The position numbers were made by a program, and so were the translations under genes. A stretch of DNA of 64,000 nt from an uncultured delta proteobacterium (GTDB lineage: Bacteria > Desulfobacterota > Binatia > Bin18), in the NCBI GenBank assembly GCA_963733195.1, contig CAVTCR010000081.1, positions 32,001 to 96,000 on the forward strand. The letters run 5' to 3'. The notes beneath the pieces were generated by a model. That model saw nothing but the letters and a program-made list of their open reading frames with translations. It did not search any database and was not told where the DNA came from. Below are positions 62,334 through 64,000 of the stretch, piece by piece (the first letter of the stretch is position 1; the number at the start of each line of letters is the position of its first letter).

Positions 62334-64000
62334 ATGAGTTCCCGTTCCCAAGAAATCACCATACAAGTTCAAAAGGGAGAACAACGTACCGTAGCTCTGG
62401 GGACTGTGGTGCGCGAACTCTTACCTCCCAACCGAAAAGATGTGATTGCCGCGAAAGTCAACGGCAAAGTCGTCGATTTATCTCACTCGTTAAATACAGA
62501 CTGCGCGATCGAGTTCATCCCGTTAGCATCGGTCGAGGGACTTGATGTTCTGCGCCACTCCTGTGCACACCTCATGGCTCAGGCTGTGAAACGCCTCTTT
62601 CCTAGTGTGCAGATCACTATTGGCCCAGTAATTGAGAACGGCTTTTATTACGATTTTAAGCATGAGCGTGCCTTCACTCCCGAGGATCTAGAGAAGATCG
62701 AAGCAGAGATGAAAAAAATCGTGGGAGAAAACTTCTCCATTGCGCGGGAAGAAGTTCCGCGCGATGATGCCGTTCGTCTTTTCCGTTCGATGGGTGAGGA
62801 CTTCAAGGCGGAGATTATCGCTGGCATTCCTGGAGATGAAGCGATATCGCTCTATCGACAAGGCGAGTTTGTTGACCTCTGTCGTGGTCCCCATTTACCT
62901 GCGACTGGTAATATTCCGGCGTTCAAACTGACGAGTGTTGCCGGAGCTTACTGGCGTGGAGACGAAAAGAACGAAATGTTGCAGCGGATCTACGGGACCG
63001 CGTTTGCGACAGAAAAGGATCTGCGACAACATCTCGCGCTCCTAGAGGAAGCGAAACGTCGTGATCATCGGAAGTTGGGCAAAGATCTCGACCTCTTCAT
63101 CTTTGATCCGATTGCGCCAGCAAGTCCGTTTTTTCTTCCCAAAGGGGCGTTCATTTATAACGAACTGATTGCGTACATTCGTGGTCTATATAAGCGTTAC
63201 GGCTATCAGGAGGTGCTGACTCCACAAATCTTCGATGTTGATTTGTGGCACCGATCCGGTCATTACGAGAATTACAAAGAGAATATTTTCTTTACCGAGA
63301 TCGAAGGACGAGAGTTCGGTGTCAAGCCGATGAACTGTCCTGGACACACTTACATTTACGCCGCGAAGAAACGGTCATATCGTGATCTGCCGATTCGGAT
63401 TGCTGATTTTGCTCGACTGCATCGCTTTGAGCGGTCTGGTGTGACCTCTGGGCTCACACGGGTTCGTTCCTTCTCTCAGGACGATGCTCATATTTTCTGT
63501 ACTCCAGAGCAGATCGAGACTGAAGTGAACGGGGTTCTGCGCATGATCAACGAGGTCTATCGAACCTTTGGTTTTGCAGAGATGCGCTTCAATCTCTCGA
63601 CTCGACCAGCAAAGCGCCTTGGCGAGGATGCGACATGGGATCGTGCAGAAGCAGCGCTTGCTGCGGCACTCAAAGCGAATCAGATTGATTACCGAGTGAA
63701 TGCTGGAGATGGAGCGTTCTACGGACCAAAGATCGATTGCATTGTCCTTGACGCTTTACGTAGACAGTGGCAGTTAGCGACTATTCAGCTTGATTTCATG
63801 ATGCCTGAGCGTTTTGACCTTGCATTTACCAATGCACAAGGAAGTGAAGTGCGGCCGGTGATGATTCATCGAGCAGTCTTAGGATCACTCGAACGCTTTC
63901 TTGGCGTACTGATCGAGCATTGTGGTGGCGATTTCCCATTATGGCTTGCCCCGGTGCAGGCCCGCCTCCTTACTGTGACTGATGCGCAGGAAGACTATGC
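62334..64000 (+). CDS. thrS: Threonine--tRNA ligase (runs off window end)
   Basis: My manual translation: IAAKVNGKVVDL (TGS), RHSCAHLMAQAV, DLCRGPH, AYWRGDE, RDHRKLG, KPMNCPGH, GAFYGPKID. Confidence 0.97.
   Translation, partial: MSSRSQEITIQVQKGEQRTVALGTVVRELLPPNRKDVIAAKVNGKVVDLSHSLNTDCAIEFIPLASVEGLDVLRHSCAHLMAQAVKRLFPSVQITIGPVIENGFYYDFKHERAFTPEDLEKIEAEMKKIVGENFSIAREEVPRDDAVRLFRSMGEDFKAEIIAGIPGDEAISLYRQGEFVDLCRGPHLPATGNIPAFKLTSVAGAYWRGDEKNEMLQRIYGTAFATEKDLRQHLALLEEAKRRDHRKLGKDLDLFIFDPIAPASPFFLPKGAFIYNELIAYIRGLYKRYGYQEVLTPQIFDVDLWHRSGHYENYKENIFFTEIEGREFGVKPMNCPGHTYIYAAKKRSYRDLPIRIADFARLHRFERSGVTSGLTRVRSFSQDDAHIFCTPEQIETEVNGVLRMINEVYRTFGFAEMRFNLSTRPAKRLGEDATWDRAEAALAAALKANQIDYRVNAGDGAFYGPKIDCIVLDALRRQWQLATIQLDFMMPERFDLAFTNAQGSEVRPVMIHRAVLGSLERFLGVLIEHCGGDFPLWLAPVQARLLTVTDAQEDY

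Overview
Bacterial chromosome window. The gene families (paired family-III CoA transferases, Amidohydro_2, LLM oxidoreductase, wHTH-AAA regulator, a lineage-typical hypothetical family) suggest a Deltaproteobacteria-like organism, possibly Binatia; this is inference. The consensus carries many indels: even phoB, pstC, pgm and rplY are split, and ~22.8-30.2 kb is very noisy, which looks like long-read error. Layout: (1) 1-4.5 kb, a PKD/Cys-rich surface protein, a PEP-CTERM protein and a wHTH-AAA regulator. (2) ~4.7-46.8 kb, a large phosphate-starvation island: porin-pstSCAB-phoU-phoB-phoR, a Na/Pi symporter with a second pstS, several phosphatases, ppx-ppk1, pgm, sthA and phoA. More than a dozen promoters here carry Pho-box-like arrays in 11-bp phase, many in front of small unannotated ORFs. 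(3) Inside the island, a relic integron at 28.4-32.0 kb: truncated intI, a putative attI, a cassette with an uncharacterised toxin/immunity-like pair, an attC, an LLM cassette, and an IS110/IS1111 element inserted in a second attC with a structured bridge/seekRNA-like non-coding end. (4) 46.8-56 kb, catabolic genes and a TIR + FGE-sulfatase (CLec) gene whose 3' end has the signatures of a remote DGR target. (5) 56-64 kb, housekeeping genes: suhB, ispE, tRNA-Gln, prs, rplY, pth, rpsF, rpsR, rplI, tRNA-Val, thrS. No CRISPR array or reverse transcriptase was seen.
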